In this document: in pieces, positions 40,901 to 50,003 of the stretch
Layout of the letters: each line of letters starts with the position of its first letter
Position numbering within the stretch: position 1 is the stretch's first letter
Assembly: GCA_963817915.1 (NCBI GenBank)
Contig: CAWFQL010000003.1
Location: 64,001 to 128,000 of the forward strand
DNA from: an uncultured candidate division Zixibacteria bacterium
Lineage (GTDB): Bacteria; Zixibacteria; MSB-5A5; UBA10806
DNA: 64,000 nt
Reading direction: 5' to 3'
The notes under the pieces: model-generated
What the model saw: the letters and a program-made list of their open reading frames with translations, nothing else
Databases searched by the model: none
Told to the model about the DNA's origin: nothing
Position numbers and translations under genes: made by a program

Positions 40901-42285
40901 TAACTCGTCATCGATGGGCCGGCCCAGCCGTCAGTTCCTCCAGCCCCGCGATATTGAATAAAACCGATTCCAGCGTTGAAAAGAGAAGGCAGCCTCCAGC
41001 CGGAATCGAATACGGTGTCAACTCGGACAAAACCATGCCTGAGCTGAAGCTGACGGACCCAGAGAGTAGTCAATCTTGACGATTCATAATACACATAAGC
41101 CACCGAGAGCCCTCTGATCCAATGCTCCGGATCGCGCATGAGCGGATACTTTTCATACTTGAGAATCTTTGAAAGTGCCACTCTGGCCTGGGACATAGAG
41201 TCTACCGACATGCGAGCGATAAAGATATCCGGGATATAATCCGAACCATCTACGCACGCGTATTTATTATCGGACGCGTAAATGTTGCTTCCGACAATAT
41301 AGGGATAATCCGGCACGACAAACATATGATCGCGATCACCGACTATCATAACATACTCCGGAGGAATCTCCCAGGAAGCGTAAGCTGTGTCAAGAAAGGC
41401 CTTTATCTGTTCCTTACTTGGAGACCCGGTTGGTCTAATTTCGGTTGTAGGAACAATTCTGACCGGATACCCCTTTTGATGCTTCCATTGAGCCACTGCT
41501 TTTACAGTATCAACCAGTGTCGGTCTGCATATTATAACGTATCCCCCGCGCTTAACTTCAACATTATCCATTGCCTGGTCGAAATTGGCGAACATAGCCT
41601 TATAAATTGGATAAAATCCCTCGGATAGATATCTATGATGGACTGTCTTGGGATTGATTACTTCGCCATCATAGCTGATATCAACAGAAATGTCCCGGTA
41701 TACGCGCAATACCTTTTGAACAGGATTATACTGCGCCGGATAGAGTGCAATCCGCACAAAACGAACATCGCGCATAATCTGCGGATCGGAAGCCTCCGCA
41801 AGATTGCCGGGATAAAACGCATCTCTTGCGTAAGTCTGCAGGTCAATTGTGAATGGTACGGCTGACGCACCGGGAGTTTCCGAAGGGGATGGCTGAACCG
41901 GGGCAAGTTCGATATTCGGCAAATCATCATAACCGGAATATGTGACTGTCAATCTTACTCCTGCCTGGTCGGGGATGATTATGTTGGCTGTCAACGCTGG
42001 AAGATCGGGCTTACCATCTTCAGCCAATTCGCTTGGCGTAATAAATTCGCCAACCGGCAGGTCAAGTTTCTTATAATTGCTGCCGCCAAGAGAAATATCG
42101 TTTAGTGCCACAGCCGGCAAATTCAAATTCAACGAGGTTTTGGAACCCAAGTTCCTCACCTCTAATTTCGACGATTCCGCCGAAATATCTGATAGAACGC
42201 GGATGTTTTGAGAGGATAATGACTGCGAAATCATTAAAAACAGCAGAAACACAGTCAAGATGCACGCTTTAGCCTTGATACTCAT
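37969..42285 (-). CDS. Gingipain-like C25 family protein with propeptide, Ig-like domains and Por/T9SS-FlgD-type C-terminal domain
   Basis: WKHQKGY, YVMIVGD, SDNKY, IARMS and YNMLGDP motifs; C-terminal QNYPNPFNPSTTI..WDGKD..GLYFY..KMLLLK. Start taken at MSIKAK (42285). Confidence 0.88.
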   Translation of the reverse strand: MSIKAKACILTVFLLFLMISQSLSSQNIRVLSDISAESSKLEVRNLGSKTSLNLNLPAVALNDISLGGSNYKKLDLPVGEFITPSELAEDGKPDLPALTANIIIPDQAGVRLTVTYSGYDDLPNIELAPVQPSPSETPGASAVPFTIDLQTYARDAFYPGNLAEASDPQIMRDVRFVRIALYPAQYNPVQKVLRVYRDISVDISYDGEVINPKTVHHRYLSEGFYPIYKAMFANFDQAMDNVEVKRGGYVIICRPTLVDTVKAVAQWKHQKGYPVRIVPTTEIRPTGSPSKEQIKAFLDTAYASWEIPPEYVMIVGDRDHMFVVPDYPYIVGSNIYASDNKYACVDGSDYIPDIFIARMSVDSMSQARVALSKILKYEKYPLMRDPEHWIRGLSVAYVYYESSRLTTLWVRQLQLRHGFVRVDTVFDSGWRLPSLFNAGIGFIQYRGAGGTDGWAGPSMTSYDLLNLQDNQKLGVLSPLTCGTGDFGGECFGETWIRMGRSPDSLKGGPAFYGVSDHDTHTRWNNPIMVGYFFGIFEENVYHFAAAAVRGKLQDYWTFPRQTAPGGMIQQYFNTYNMLGDPELELRTKIPISINVTHLDTVALGTNSFNASVIDSAGNAISGAYVTLIKTIGTTEEVFSVDKTDESGNVTLIFDANTPGSMKLTVSGQNLIPYQTNVEIATSDLAVGLDSIYIDDDTDGFSHGDGDHLAAPGETIELNVSIKNFGTDISATNVSAQLESTDGNSVVYDGIRNYGNLAPGESRASEAPFVVYVNPAASDGQTVRQKLTIRDQNNDSWQTMIEFPVKAPKFAVTRAIIPEGDSLIGPGQTANLKIFLSNSGSLNAQGVTGIVTTDDDYANAVGSIANFGDISIGGSGDNSSSLVSITCDSTAFKGKKLNLTLHISTLSGSKSSIPFTLTVGRISSRDPVGPDSYGYYMYDRMDSAYAMMPTYQWVEISPDSGGQGTRLNYGSELDDKSVLVTLPFNMKYYGQDYGAMIVCINGFAALDTTPMDMQGNYWANFFNWPIPDPGNARGQISPFWDDLRIDGTHLGVYKWYDSVNHKFYIEWLKLTNTNTFQYETFQMVIMDPAYYPSLTGDSDILFIYRDVNNTDSGEGYASVGFESYDEQRGLEFTHDNYYAPGGATLIDGAVTLITTSTGRGSVRGSVDLDGSGQNGDAQIHASTGQRRISASDGRFFIKEVPPGTISLTAEALGYYPAYQESIQVVANQLIETETLHLTRCPIPSSLSASNNISNLIEVRWDTLTNPNLAGFNIYRSRWPNGDFSKLNDSPIQATSYSDIDLADTNLYWYYVSALFSEGNLTAESFGSTAGSGKALTITGLNDDITAPKKFFLSQNYPNPFNPSTTISYGLAVDSEVRIVVFNIMGQKVKNLVDQRQAAGYKQVVWDGKDESGRKVATGLYFYKIETANFTKTNKMLLLK

Positions 42286-42658
42286 TTGACCTCCACTAAG
42301 CCTTAAAAAAATAAACATAAACATATCCCATAATTTTAGGCGAGAATATCCCCCCAGCGATTTCTCGTTTACCAATGGATTAAACAACTTAATCCGCTTG
42401 GCTCGTTCCACTAATATAATCGATAATTTTTTACTTAGTAAATTATGTCATTGAAATTTTGATTTAAATTGGGAAATTCTCAAAATTTGCAACCCCATTT
42501 TTGAGACTATTATTGAGTGGGCCGCCCACGTTAACCTGATGAATATTTTGCGGTTATGGAAATTATTGGCGGTTCATTTAATGCGGTGATAATTATACGA
42601 AATAGAAATGGGGCGAATAATGTTCGCCCCGAATTACTCCGACTATTGAAAAATCAGA

Positions 42659-43903
42659 CTATCTTATATATCGAAATATCGCGACTTCGCTTGTGGCTGC
42701 CACAAATAAATATGGCCAATGAGATCGCACATCTCTGACATTTGTGCCAACAGTCTGAGTTTGAATTAATCTCAGGCTATCCGGCAAAGTGTAGACAAAT
42801 GAGTAAATTTTTCCCGATTCCGAGCCGGCAAACAATGTCGAATCGCCAACATCAACAGTGTTGAATATTTCTCCGTTTACGAAGCGATCCAGAAAACGAG
42901 GTGTTGTTGGATGCGATATAGAAAGTGCCAATACCCCCCCGGTGCCGTCCGCGATAAACGCGAAACTATCGACCACGGCAACGCCCTTCGCGAGACTCAA
43001 TCCGGAATAAGTGCATAGTATCTGGGCTGATGTAGGGCTGGTACAATCGACAATATAAAAATTGCTGTTACCCACAATAAATGCCGTATCGTGGCGGGCG
43101 ACGACTTTATTCAGGAGATCTGACGTGAATGCAAGATAGGCAATTGATCTCAAAGTATCGGGATCGCTTCTATTTACTATCGAAAAACCATCGTTTTCCG
43201 CTATGAATAAATAATGGCCGGATACGGCAACATCGTTGGCGAATGTCTGAGTGACATATCGCCCTTTACTTATCAGCGTATCGCCATTGCTCGCATCAAG
43301 TCTTAATACTCCCTGACCCTTATCCGCGATAAACAATTCGAATCCATTTACATCCGCTCTCAGAGCGCTGCCCGGCGTATCGTAACGGCCCAAAAATGAC
43401 GGCGAACCAAGATAGCGTATATCATAGGTCATGACCCCGGCATCACCATCAGTCAAAAACAGAAGTCCTCCATATTCGGCCACGCCGCGCGCGTCCGCGG
43501 GACTAATAGTCACAGAGGAAAGCTTGGTGAATAAATGTGAGTATGATAGACTGACATTGATTATCTGTGAATTATAAGTCGAATCAGCCGTATGACCGAC
43601 AGCCAAAAGAATATGATTCGTACCAGATGAATGTTGATAGATATTCCAGAAATAATAGTATGGGGCAATTGAATCGCTCGCGACAGAATCGCCGTCGATA
43701 AAGAAATCGACTCGTCTCATCGTATAGCCCGAACCCACCGCGGCAGTTATATACACGGGGTCCGCTAAAACAGAATTATTCGCCGGCGAAGTTATCGAAA
43801 TTGCCAATTGTTCTCCCGGGGCAGTTGTCTTGTTCTTGCAGGAGAGCAAAATCGGGATAACGGCCAAGGATAATATGGAAATTATGAGAATGTTCTTTTT
43901 CAT
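42659..43903 (-). CDS. Lipoprotein with Ig-like domain and LVIVD beta-propeller repeats
   Basis: LLSC lipobox; ISITSP..VDFFIDG..APY Ig-like domain; repeated DV.VSG.Y.FIA units. Confidence 0.82.
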   Translation of the reverse strand: MKKNILIISILSLAVIPILLSCKNKTTAPGEQLAISITSPANNSVLADPVYITAAVGSGYTMRRVDFFIDGDSVASDSIAPYYYFWNIYQHSSGTNHILLAVGHTADSTYNSQIINVSLSYSHLFTKLSSVTISPADARGVAEYGGLLFLTDGDAGVMTYDIRYLGSPSFLGRYDTPGSALRADVNGFELFIADKGQGVLRLDASNGDTLISKGRYVTQTFANDVAVSGHYLFIAENDGFSIVNRSDPDTLRSIAYLAFTSDLLNKVVARHDTAFIVGNSNFYIVDCTSPTSAQILCTYSGLSLAKGVAVVDSFAFIADGTGGVLALSISHPTTPRFLDRFVNGEIFNTVDVGDSTLFAGSESGKIYSFVYTLPDSLRLIQTQTVGTNVRDVRSHWPYLFVAATSEVAIFRYIR

Positions 43904-43942
43904 CTATCTACCCCTATTATTATCGGAATAATTTTATGATAT

Positions 43943-45373
43943 TCAATCTCTCTTTTTGCCGTTATCAGCGAAAACCACTGCGTTTTCAGGGGCAGATTCT
44001 CTTGCCCTATGATAAACAATGGCCAGGAATATTATAGGTACCAGCTCACCATCTATAACGCCATCCATTATTATGGTTCCAACTTCAAAGATTGATCTAA
44101 ATATTAGCGCTATCAAGGTGGCCGCGATTCCCAAAATTACCAAATCTCGTGGATTCCTTTTAAGCAATGGGGACAATTTTAGAGATCTTCGTCCGAATGC
44201 CAGCAAGAATCCGAGGGCGCAGGCGGCTGCGATGAAGCCCTTTTCGGCAAAATTGGTAAGTATATAATTATGAGCGCCCCCTCCGCCAATTTGCAATGAG
44301 ACTCCCCGGGCAAACGAGGGAGGGATGAAATAAAATGTTAAATCGTTGAATCGCCTTGCCCCCACGCCAAAAATCGGAGCCTCCTTTATCATTTCTATAG
44401 CTGCAACCCATAGGGAGGTCCGATTGGAAGTACCTTGTTGAATCCGGAATAGCCACTGAAACGTCGGTACGGTCATAATTATTATTGCAAATATCATTAT
44501 AATGGCCATTAGCAGGAAAATCATTTTTTTTCTCGCTGGATGAAACCACAATACAACGGCGAGACCTACAGCAAGTCCGATTATACTGGAGCGGGATAAT
44601 GATGAGAAAAAAGCGGGCAATAAAACAATTAATATTATTCCGGAAAGAGTTTTAATCCATTTTTCCCGAGACAAAAATATAAAAGCAAAATAGATTGGAA
44701 GCGACAACAAAATATTATAGCCAACACTATTGGCATTTCCGAATATTGTATAAACTCTATTCGTAAAAACAGTGCCGCTCGAAACATATTTGCCAAATCC
44801 ATACCTTAAGAGAAAATCATATGCTGAAATTGCATTGGCCAATGAAAATAAGGACAATATTATTATAAAAGGCCAAAACATTTTCTTATTGCCGAATTGG
44901 TCAAAAACAATAATTGAAACTGCGAACAGGAATAAATATCGCACAAATTGCTTTAATGCCGCTGAACTTGGCCCCACGTACGCAATTGATAAAAACGACC
45001 AAATTATAAAGACGACAAATAGCACTAATATTTCTTTAGGGTAAGATATCTTATATAAATCCTTATTTAGCCAGCCGAAGAACCAGATGATAATAACAAT
45101 GGAGGAAAGTCCGTAAATAATAAATGAAGACAATGGAGCCCTGACGACAAAACTCGTAATAGCAACTAAAATATAAGCCTGAAAACCGAAAGTGAAATTC
45201 CATAATAGACAGAAAATAACAATTGATCCCAGCAAACCTGCAAAAGCATAAATCGGATTTGAAATGGCAAAAATTGCAGCTAAAGCGTTTATTATGAAAA
45301 ATGTGGCAAAGAGCTGATTTTTCCTCTCCTGAAATACTTCCGGGAATATTGTTTGCCTTAGATCAATATTCAT
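43943..45373 (-). CDS. O-antigen ligase / Wzy_C family membrane protein
   Basis: ~12 TMs; SLSRSS, R..LW..A..MI...PIFGVG and AHN motifs. Confidence 0.85.
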   Translation of the reverse strand: MNIDLRQTIFPEVFQERKNQLFATFFIINALAAIFAISNPIYAFAGLLGSIVIFCLLWNFTFGFQAYILVAITSFVVRAPLSSFIIYGLSSIVIIIWFFGWLNKDLYKISYPKEILVLFVVFIIWSFLSIAYVGPSSAALKQFVRYLFLFAVSIIVFDQFGNKKMFWPFIIILSLFSLANAISAYDFLLRYGFGKYVSSGTVFTNRVYTIFGNANSVGYNILLSLPIYFAFIFLSREKWIKTLSGIILIVLLPAFFSSLSRSSIIGLAVGLAVVLWFHPARKKMIFLLMAIIMIFAIIIMTVPTFQWLFRIQQGTSNRTSLWVAAIEMIKEAPIFGVGARRFNDLTFYFIPPSFARGVSLQIGGGGAHNYILTNFAEKGFIAAACALGFLLAFGRRSLKLSPLLKRNPRDLVILGIAATLIALIFRSIFEVGTIIMDGVIDGELVPIIFLAIVYHRARESAPENAVVFADNGKKRD

Positions 45374-45412
45374 TAACGTAATTTCCGAATTCTCATATTA
45401 TATCTCATCCGT

Positions 45413-45874
45413 CTATTTGCTCTGATGCTGCCAGCAGCGGTCGGAGGCCGGCTCGGCCCATCTCCTGCAACGGGTACCGCCTTGGGTTATCGCCACGCAC
45501 CTTCGACGTGCTACCTTGCTTTTCAATGTATCCGTCGCTATTTGCGAGGGAGAACCGCTGCTCAAACGATAAAGCTGAAATACAATGAGCGAATCGGATT
45601 TATCAAGCAACTGTTTTTGAGATATAAAGAATGTACGGCCATTGGAACGAGCCTTAAAGAAAAGCTCCCCATCAAATACATACACCGAGTCGCCCTTATT
45701 CAAATACATCGTATCAGCATTGCCCGACACTGAATCAGCATTGGCTGCTAAAGCTATTACGGGAATAGCGCCTAAAGTATCAATCCGGCTAACCGTATCT
45801 GATGGCGGACCCTGCGCGAACGATAAACCGACAATGATCACTATGAAAAAGAAAATATCTCTTACTAATCTCAT
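45413..45874 (-). CDS. Secreted hypothetical protein with C-terminal Cys3His zinc-finger-like motif
   Basis: Signal peptide from MRLVRD; ends RCVAITQGGTRCRR..RCWQH. The track start at 45982 is probably too long. Confidence 0.6.
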   Translation of the reverse strand: MRLVRDIFFFIVIIVGLSFAQGPPSDTVSRIDTLGAIPVIALAANADSVSGNADTMYLNKGDSVYVFDGELFFKARSNGRTFFISQKQLLDKSDSLIVFQLYRLSSGSPSQIATDTLKSKVARRRCVAITQGGTRCRRWAEPASDRCWQHQSK

Positions 45875-46039
45875 TCTGCTATTAAAATATAAATTGGAAG
45901 CCGAAATACCAATAGTTTTCTTGAGTCTAATGAATAATTGGAATCGGCCAATATTTTGATTGACCGCGGGCAAGGATGTCATTTATTTGAATTTTAACAA
46001 TATCAACGCCGATTTCATCAAGGCAGCGAAAGGATAACC

Positions 46040-46555
46040 ATGATCAATTATAAAATAATCGCAACTCCGATAGGTGATATGATTGCGGCCGAACATAATG
46101 GAAAACTCTGTCGGCTCGATTTCTCCGATAATGAAAATATTTTATCGCATTTAAAAGCGATCGAATTAACTTTCGGGGATTCAGTTGCCATGTCGGATTC
46201 CACTATCCTGAATGAGACATCAAATCAATTAAAACTGTATTTTGAGAAAAAGCTTGAATCATTTGATCTGCCCTTATTTTGGACAGGCACCGATTTTCAA
46301 AAATCGGTATGGCCACAATTGACCAAAATTCCTTACGGAACGACTGTCAATTATGGATTAATCGCCGAAAGAATCGGCAAGCCTAAATCATCGCGCGCCG
46401 TAGGCATGGCCAATCACAATAATCCGATTCCGATTGTTGTGCCCTGCCACAGGGTAATTGGCAAAAATGGCGCTCTGGTCGGCTATGGCGGCGGCCTGTG
46501 GCGAAAAAAATGGCTCCTCGAACACGAGGGAGCCATTTCAAGTCATTTGCTCTGA
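46040..46555 (+). CDS. ogt: Methylated-DNA--protein-cysteine methyltransferase
   Basis: GTDFQK.VW, RAVG.AN and the PCHRV active site. Confidence 0.95.
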   Translation: MINYKIIATPIGDMIAAEHNGKLCRLDFSDNENILSHLKAIELTFGDSVAMSDSTILNETSNQLKLYFEKKLESFDLPLFWTGTDFQKSVWPQLTKIPYGTTVNYGLIAERIGKPKSSRAVGMANHNNPIPIVVPCHRVIGKNGALVGYGGGLWRKKWLLEHEGAISSHLL

Positions 46556-46568
46556 TATTTTTTAATCG

Positions 46569-47465
46569 CTAAACTACACCATAAACCTGGGGCGGTGTAA
46601 GCATATCCGGAAATTTCGCTATTAGAGATTTTCGCACCTCGTAGCACAAATGACAGGCATCGACAAATCCCGATGAAGTATCAAAATTAAATTCCTTTGC
46701 CAACTTGTAAGGTCCGCCCTTGATTAATAGGCCTACAATAGGATCTGATTCGGGCTTATATTTTTCAAATATTTCCTTTAATGGAAATTTGTAAATATTT
46801 CCTATTACCAATCCCTGGCAAATATGGATATTTCCAAATGGGTCGAGATGCACCCTACCCGGTTTTATCAAATCCTCCTCGGGACATTCGATAAATTTCG
46901 ATGCTGCCTGCCTGGGGTAATCTTTAGCCAATTTATCTACCGCCCTGCCCTTAAAAAGCGGCTTGCCGCCGATAAGAGCGCCGTCTTTATCTTTCCTCGT
47001 TTCGATATTTATAGGCGCGTCATCAATTGAAATATAACTGCAGGTGATATCCAAGCTCTTCGCCGCTTTAAACGCTATCTCTGCTAGATTGGTTTTTTTG
47101 CTGTCAAAATGGTATAGATCGTTGGAAATAGAAATATCCTCGATGCCGAGTTCTTTCAATGGCCTCAGCCAAAGCTCCGCGTCTTTTACCGAAGTCGCCC
47201 AATAAGAATTGCTGACAATACCAACTCGAAGTCCCATTTCACGGGCTAATTTTATCGATTGAAGCATTAACGGGTAATACATGAACGGCTCCCCGCCCTC
47301 GAAATACACACTGTCAATTGACCTGATTTCCTTAATTTGCATTAGCGCGAATTCCATATTTTCAAGAGTGAAAACCCCATCGGAGAACGGCCCGCAATAT
47401 AGAAAGCAATGATCGCATTCGAAGGTGCATTGATATGTCAGGAGAAAATGGATGCTATTTAGCAT
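46569..47465 (-). CDS. Radical SAM protein
   Basis: CTFECDHC, GGEPF, SNSYWA and C-terminal ACHLC. Confidence 0.88.
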   Translation of the reverse strand: MLNSIHFLLTYQCTFECDHCFLYCGPFSDGVFTLENMEFALMQIKEIRSIDSVYFEGGEPFMYYPLMLQSIKLAREMGLRVGIVSNSYWATSVKDAELWLRPLKELGIEDISISNDLYHFDSKKTNLAEIAFKAAKSLDITCSYISIDDAPINIETRKDKDGALIGGKPLFKGRAVDKLAKDYPRQAASKFIECPEEDLIKPGRVHLDPFGNIHICQGLVIGNIYKFPLKEIFEKYKPESDPIVGLLIKGGPYKLAKEFNFDTSSGFVDACHLCYEVRKSLIAKFPDMLTPPQVYGVV

Positions 47466-47608
47466 TGTATCCTCGTTATTATTAAATCAATGATCATGAT
47501 AAGCGCAATATTTATTGTTAATTAACTGCCGGGAAATTCGCTTATCCGGGCAATTATAATTGAATATTCCATCATTTCTGTGGTAATATCAATTGGAGGA
47601 TAAATTCT

Positions 47609-48019
47609 ATGTCTAACGGAGGCGCAATTGCCGCGTCGACCGCGGCCGGGATTGCCGCTGAACTGATGCGGCAAGAGGAGGAAGAAATGACCGCTTATGA
47701 TAAAGATGATCTTGATGGATGGGAATTTAAGATAATCCGTTCCAATACCGGTAAATTCAAAAAAAGTGAAGCGATCAAAACACTGTGTCAGGAAGAATCA
47801 AAGGCCGGGTGGGAGATGGTCGAAAAATTCGACGATAACCGTATCCGTTTCAAACGGCGAATCGAGAATCGCAACCGCGACGCGCAATCGCAGATTGATC
47901 CTTATCGCACTCGCGTCGGAATTGGCGATGCCAAGCTGGCATTTGTAATCATCGCGTCTATTGCCGCGGCTGTTGGAATTGTGGCGCTCTTAGCTGTTAC
48001 CCTCGGCAATAAAAACTAA
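47609..48019 (+). CDS. Hypothetical membrane protein (DUF4177-like)
   Basis: GGAGG RBS; WEFKI..GWEMV..FKRR; C-terminal TM. Confidence 0.7.
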   Translation: MSNGGAIAASTAAGIAAELMRQEEEEMTAYDKDDLDGWEFKIIRSNTGKFKKSEAIKTLCQEESKAGWEMVEKFDDNRIRFKRRIENRNRDAQSQIDPYRTRVGIGDAKLAFVIIASIAAAVGIVALLAVTLGNKN

Positions 48020-48043
48020 GACGACAAATTCATCCCAATAAAT

Positions 48044-48074
48044 AAAAAAAAGAGGCCGAAAAGTTCGGCCTCTC
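48044..48074 (-). terminator. Intrinsic terminator
   Basis: AGAGGCCGAA-aag-TTCGGCCTCT with an A-run on the left (T-run on minus). Confidence 0.8.
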
Positions 48075-48100
48075 ATTCTATCTATCTAATAAATCAATAT

Positions 48101-49225
48101 CTACTGTGCGGTGTTGACAACATTATCATGGCATTGACGGCATCCGGCTGTTCTCATTTCCTCTGAGTTGTCCGCTGGATTCCATCTCATACCAAATGCG
48201 TTGGTGGAGCCGTGCGCCTGATGGCACGAGAGGCAAAAGACCTCGTTATTATAAGCTACCTGGGATGCTGCATTGAAATCATGCGCTTCCCTGACCAGGA
48301 ATGGCATACGTCCAACTGAAAATTCCGAGCCCTGACCATTATACCAATTTGTACTATCGGCTGTGTAAACCGGATCGCCGGGTAAGCCGCTAATCGGGCG
48401 ATATGCGCCATATTCGGTATTCGAGACTGGATGGCGGTTCCAATGGAAATCGAGATCGGGGTTTGTATATCGTCCACCATTTGTACCAGCATCCAATAAT
48501 GTGTGATGGCAATCGATACAGATATTGGTTACCTCACGCCAGGTTGGTTCGCCACCTGCATCGCCGGGCTCGCCGTACTTTACATTATCCTGCTGATATT
48601 TCTGAAGGCCTGTCGCGCCGGGATTCACAAATGCGACAATCGGAGGCTCGCCGCCGGGCCATGATGCCCATTGCAGATTGCGATAATAACCGGTGCCGTG
48701 AGGAGCATGACAATCAACGCAATCAACAGTTGCGGTCCTGAATTCTCCTCCAAAATGACATCTCAGACAAAGGTCGCCTGGAGCAGTCCCAATATTATGG
48801 CCATTGTCGTTGATAGCGCCGGGATCGCCGAATTGTCCCGCGGCCCGAAGGGTGCCGCCGTTGACATCGGAGCCCACAACGTCAGGGACATTAACTTTGT
48901 CTTGATGACAATTAAGACACAATGCCAACGCGCTCGTGGCTTTCAAAAGCTTGTTTGTCGGCGGTTCCATGACAAATGGATAAGTGAAGGGGTCCTGATA
49001 GCCATAATTATGCTGCATCGAGCCATGCATGACATGGCAATCGGAACAGACCAGGTCGGCGCCATTATGATAGCCGGGCGAAAATGGCGGCGTATCGAGA
49101 AGCATCCCGGGATTATGTCCGCCGCTTCCGGGTCTATGAATATCAATACCGTCCATCGGTCCGCCCGCCAACGCTACGGCGCTGACCAGGAAGAAAACAA
49201 CTGTGATGAGTTTACCCATACCCAT
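48101..49225 (-). CDS. Secreted 7-CxxCH cytochrome c with OmcS-like motif order
   Basis: YHNG..CSDCHVMHGS; CLNCH; GHNI; extra CLRCH; CVDCHAPHG..YRNL; CIDCH; RHP; MPF; CLSCHQAHGS; CRQCH. Start at 49225 or 49219 after AAGGAAGG. Confidence 0.85.
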   Translation of the reverse strand: MGMGKLITVVFFLVSAVALAGGPMDGIDIHRPGSGGHNPGMLLDTPPFSPGYHNGADLVCSDCHVMHGSMQHNYGYQDPFTYPFVMEPPTNKLLKATSALALCLNCHQDKVNVPDVVGSDVNGGTLRAAGQFGDPGAINDNGHNIGTAPGDLCLRCHFGGEFRTATVDCVDCHAPHGTGYYRNLQWASWPGGEPPIVAFVNPGATGLQKYQQDNVKYGEPGDAGGEPTWREVTNICIDCHHTLLDAGTNGGRYTNPDLDFHWNRHPVSNTEYGAYRPISGLPGDPVYTADSTNWYNGQGSEFSVGRMPFLVREAHDFNAASQVAYNNEVFCLSCHQAHGSTNAFGMRWNPADNSEEMRTAGCRQCHDNVVNTAQ

Positions 49226-49357
49226 ACCTTCCTTATCCGGAAATTTATTGGAAAAGAAATCCTTATTCTTCAACCAATTAATTATCATTATCTTTTCCCC
49301 ATCAAATACATGCTATCAAAAAAGCCGCAATATCCTAAGCTTGCCCTTTTGCCCCGT

Positions 49358-49375
49358 TAGTGAATTTGTTCACAA
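49358..49375. promoter_or_regulatory. Rex-like operator
   Basis: TAGTGAA-TTTG-TTCACAA, one mismatch from TTGTGAANNNNTTCACAA. Confidence 0.6.
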
Positions 49376-49632
49376 ACTACGTCTTAAATAAACGGGGAAG
49401 ACCCCTTTATTATCGGTAATAATTTACCGCCAATTTAATCCATGTCAAGTATTATTCTTAATGCTAACCGTTATTTTTGTGATAAGTAAAAATGGGCAAG
49501 GGACGCGCTATTCGGCAGAAGCTCTTATTAGCTGCAGCTATTCACAACTGACCCTTATGGCTGGATTATTTGAAGACAGTCGATGACGCTTCCCGCCCAA
49601 TTAAGCGGTTGTTTTGATAATCAGGAATATTT

Positions 49633-49994
49633 CTAATTAACAGACAGGCATTTGAAAACCTGTTCGCTGGTGCCATCCTCAAATGATATTTTCCCTTCCA
49701 TAATCGTCTTGATGCTATCCACCGAAATCATTTCAGGGTTGTAGCTAAAGATGGCCTTATGCTCAGTCGCGAAAGTCTCAATACCATAAATACCCGGAAT
49801 GCTATCGTATAATGATGAAAAGAAGGTTGCTGTGCCTTTGCATTTGAGCCCTTCAACCACAAATATGGTTTTGGCCCCGGCCTTCGCGTCAAATGTCTTA
49901 TTAGTTGTAGGCTGAACAAATGCGGTTTGAGATGATACCCGCCGACTAAAGCGGAAATTACGAAAATCGGTATTATTATTTTTGGAATTTCCAT
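49633..49994 (-). CDS. Membrane-anchored HMA-like domain protein (one-base frameshift near 49927)
   Basis: The MEIPKIIIP..GGYHL N-terminus joins TAFVQPTT..VEGLKCKGT if one A is added to the AAA run. Confidence 0.65.
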
Positions 49995-50003
49995 ATCTAC
50001 TCC

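Noticed and set aside
49560..49600. tRNA-Sec remnant (GGAAG..CTTCAAA on minus) or fluoride riboswitch (GATGACGC)
   Set aside because: No T-arm or cloverleaf, and no upstream pseudoknot partner.
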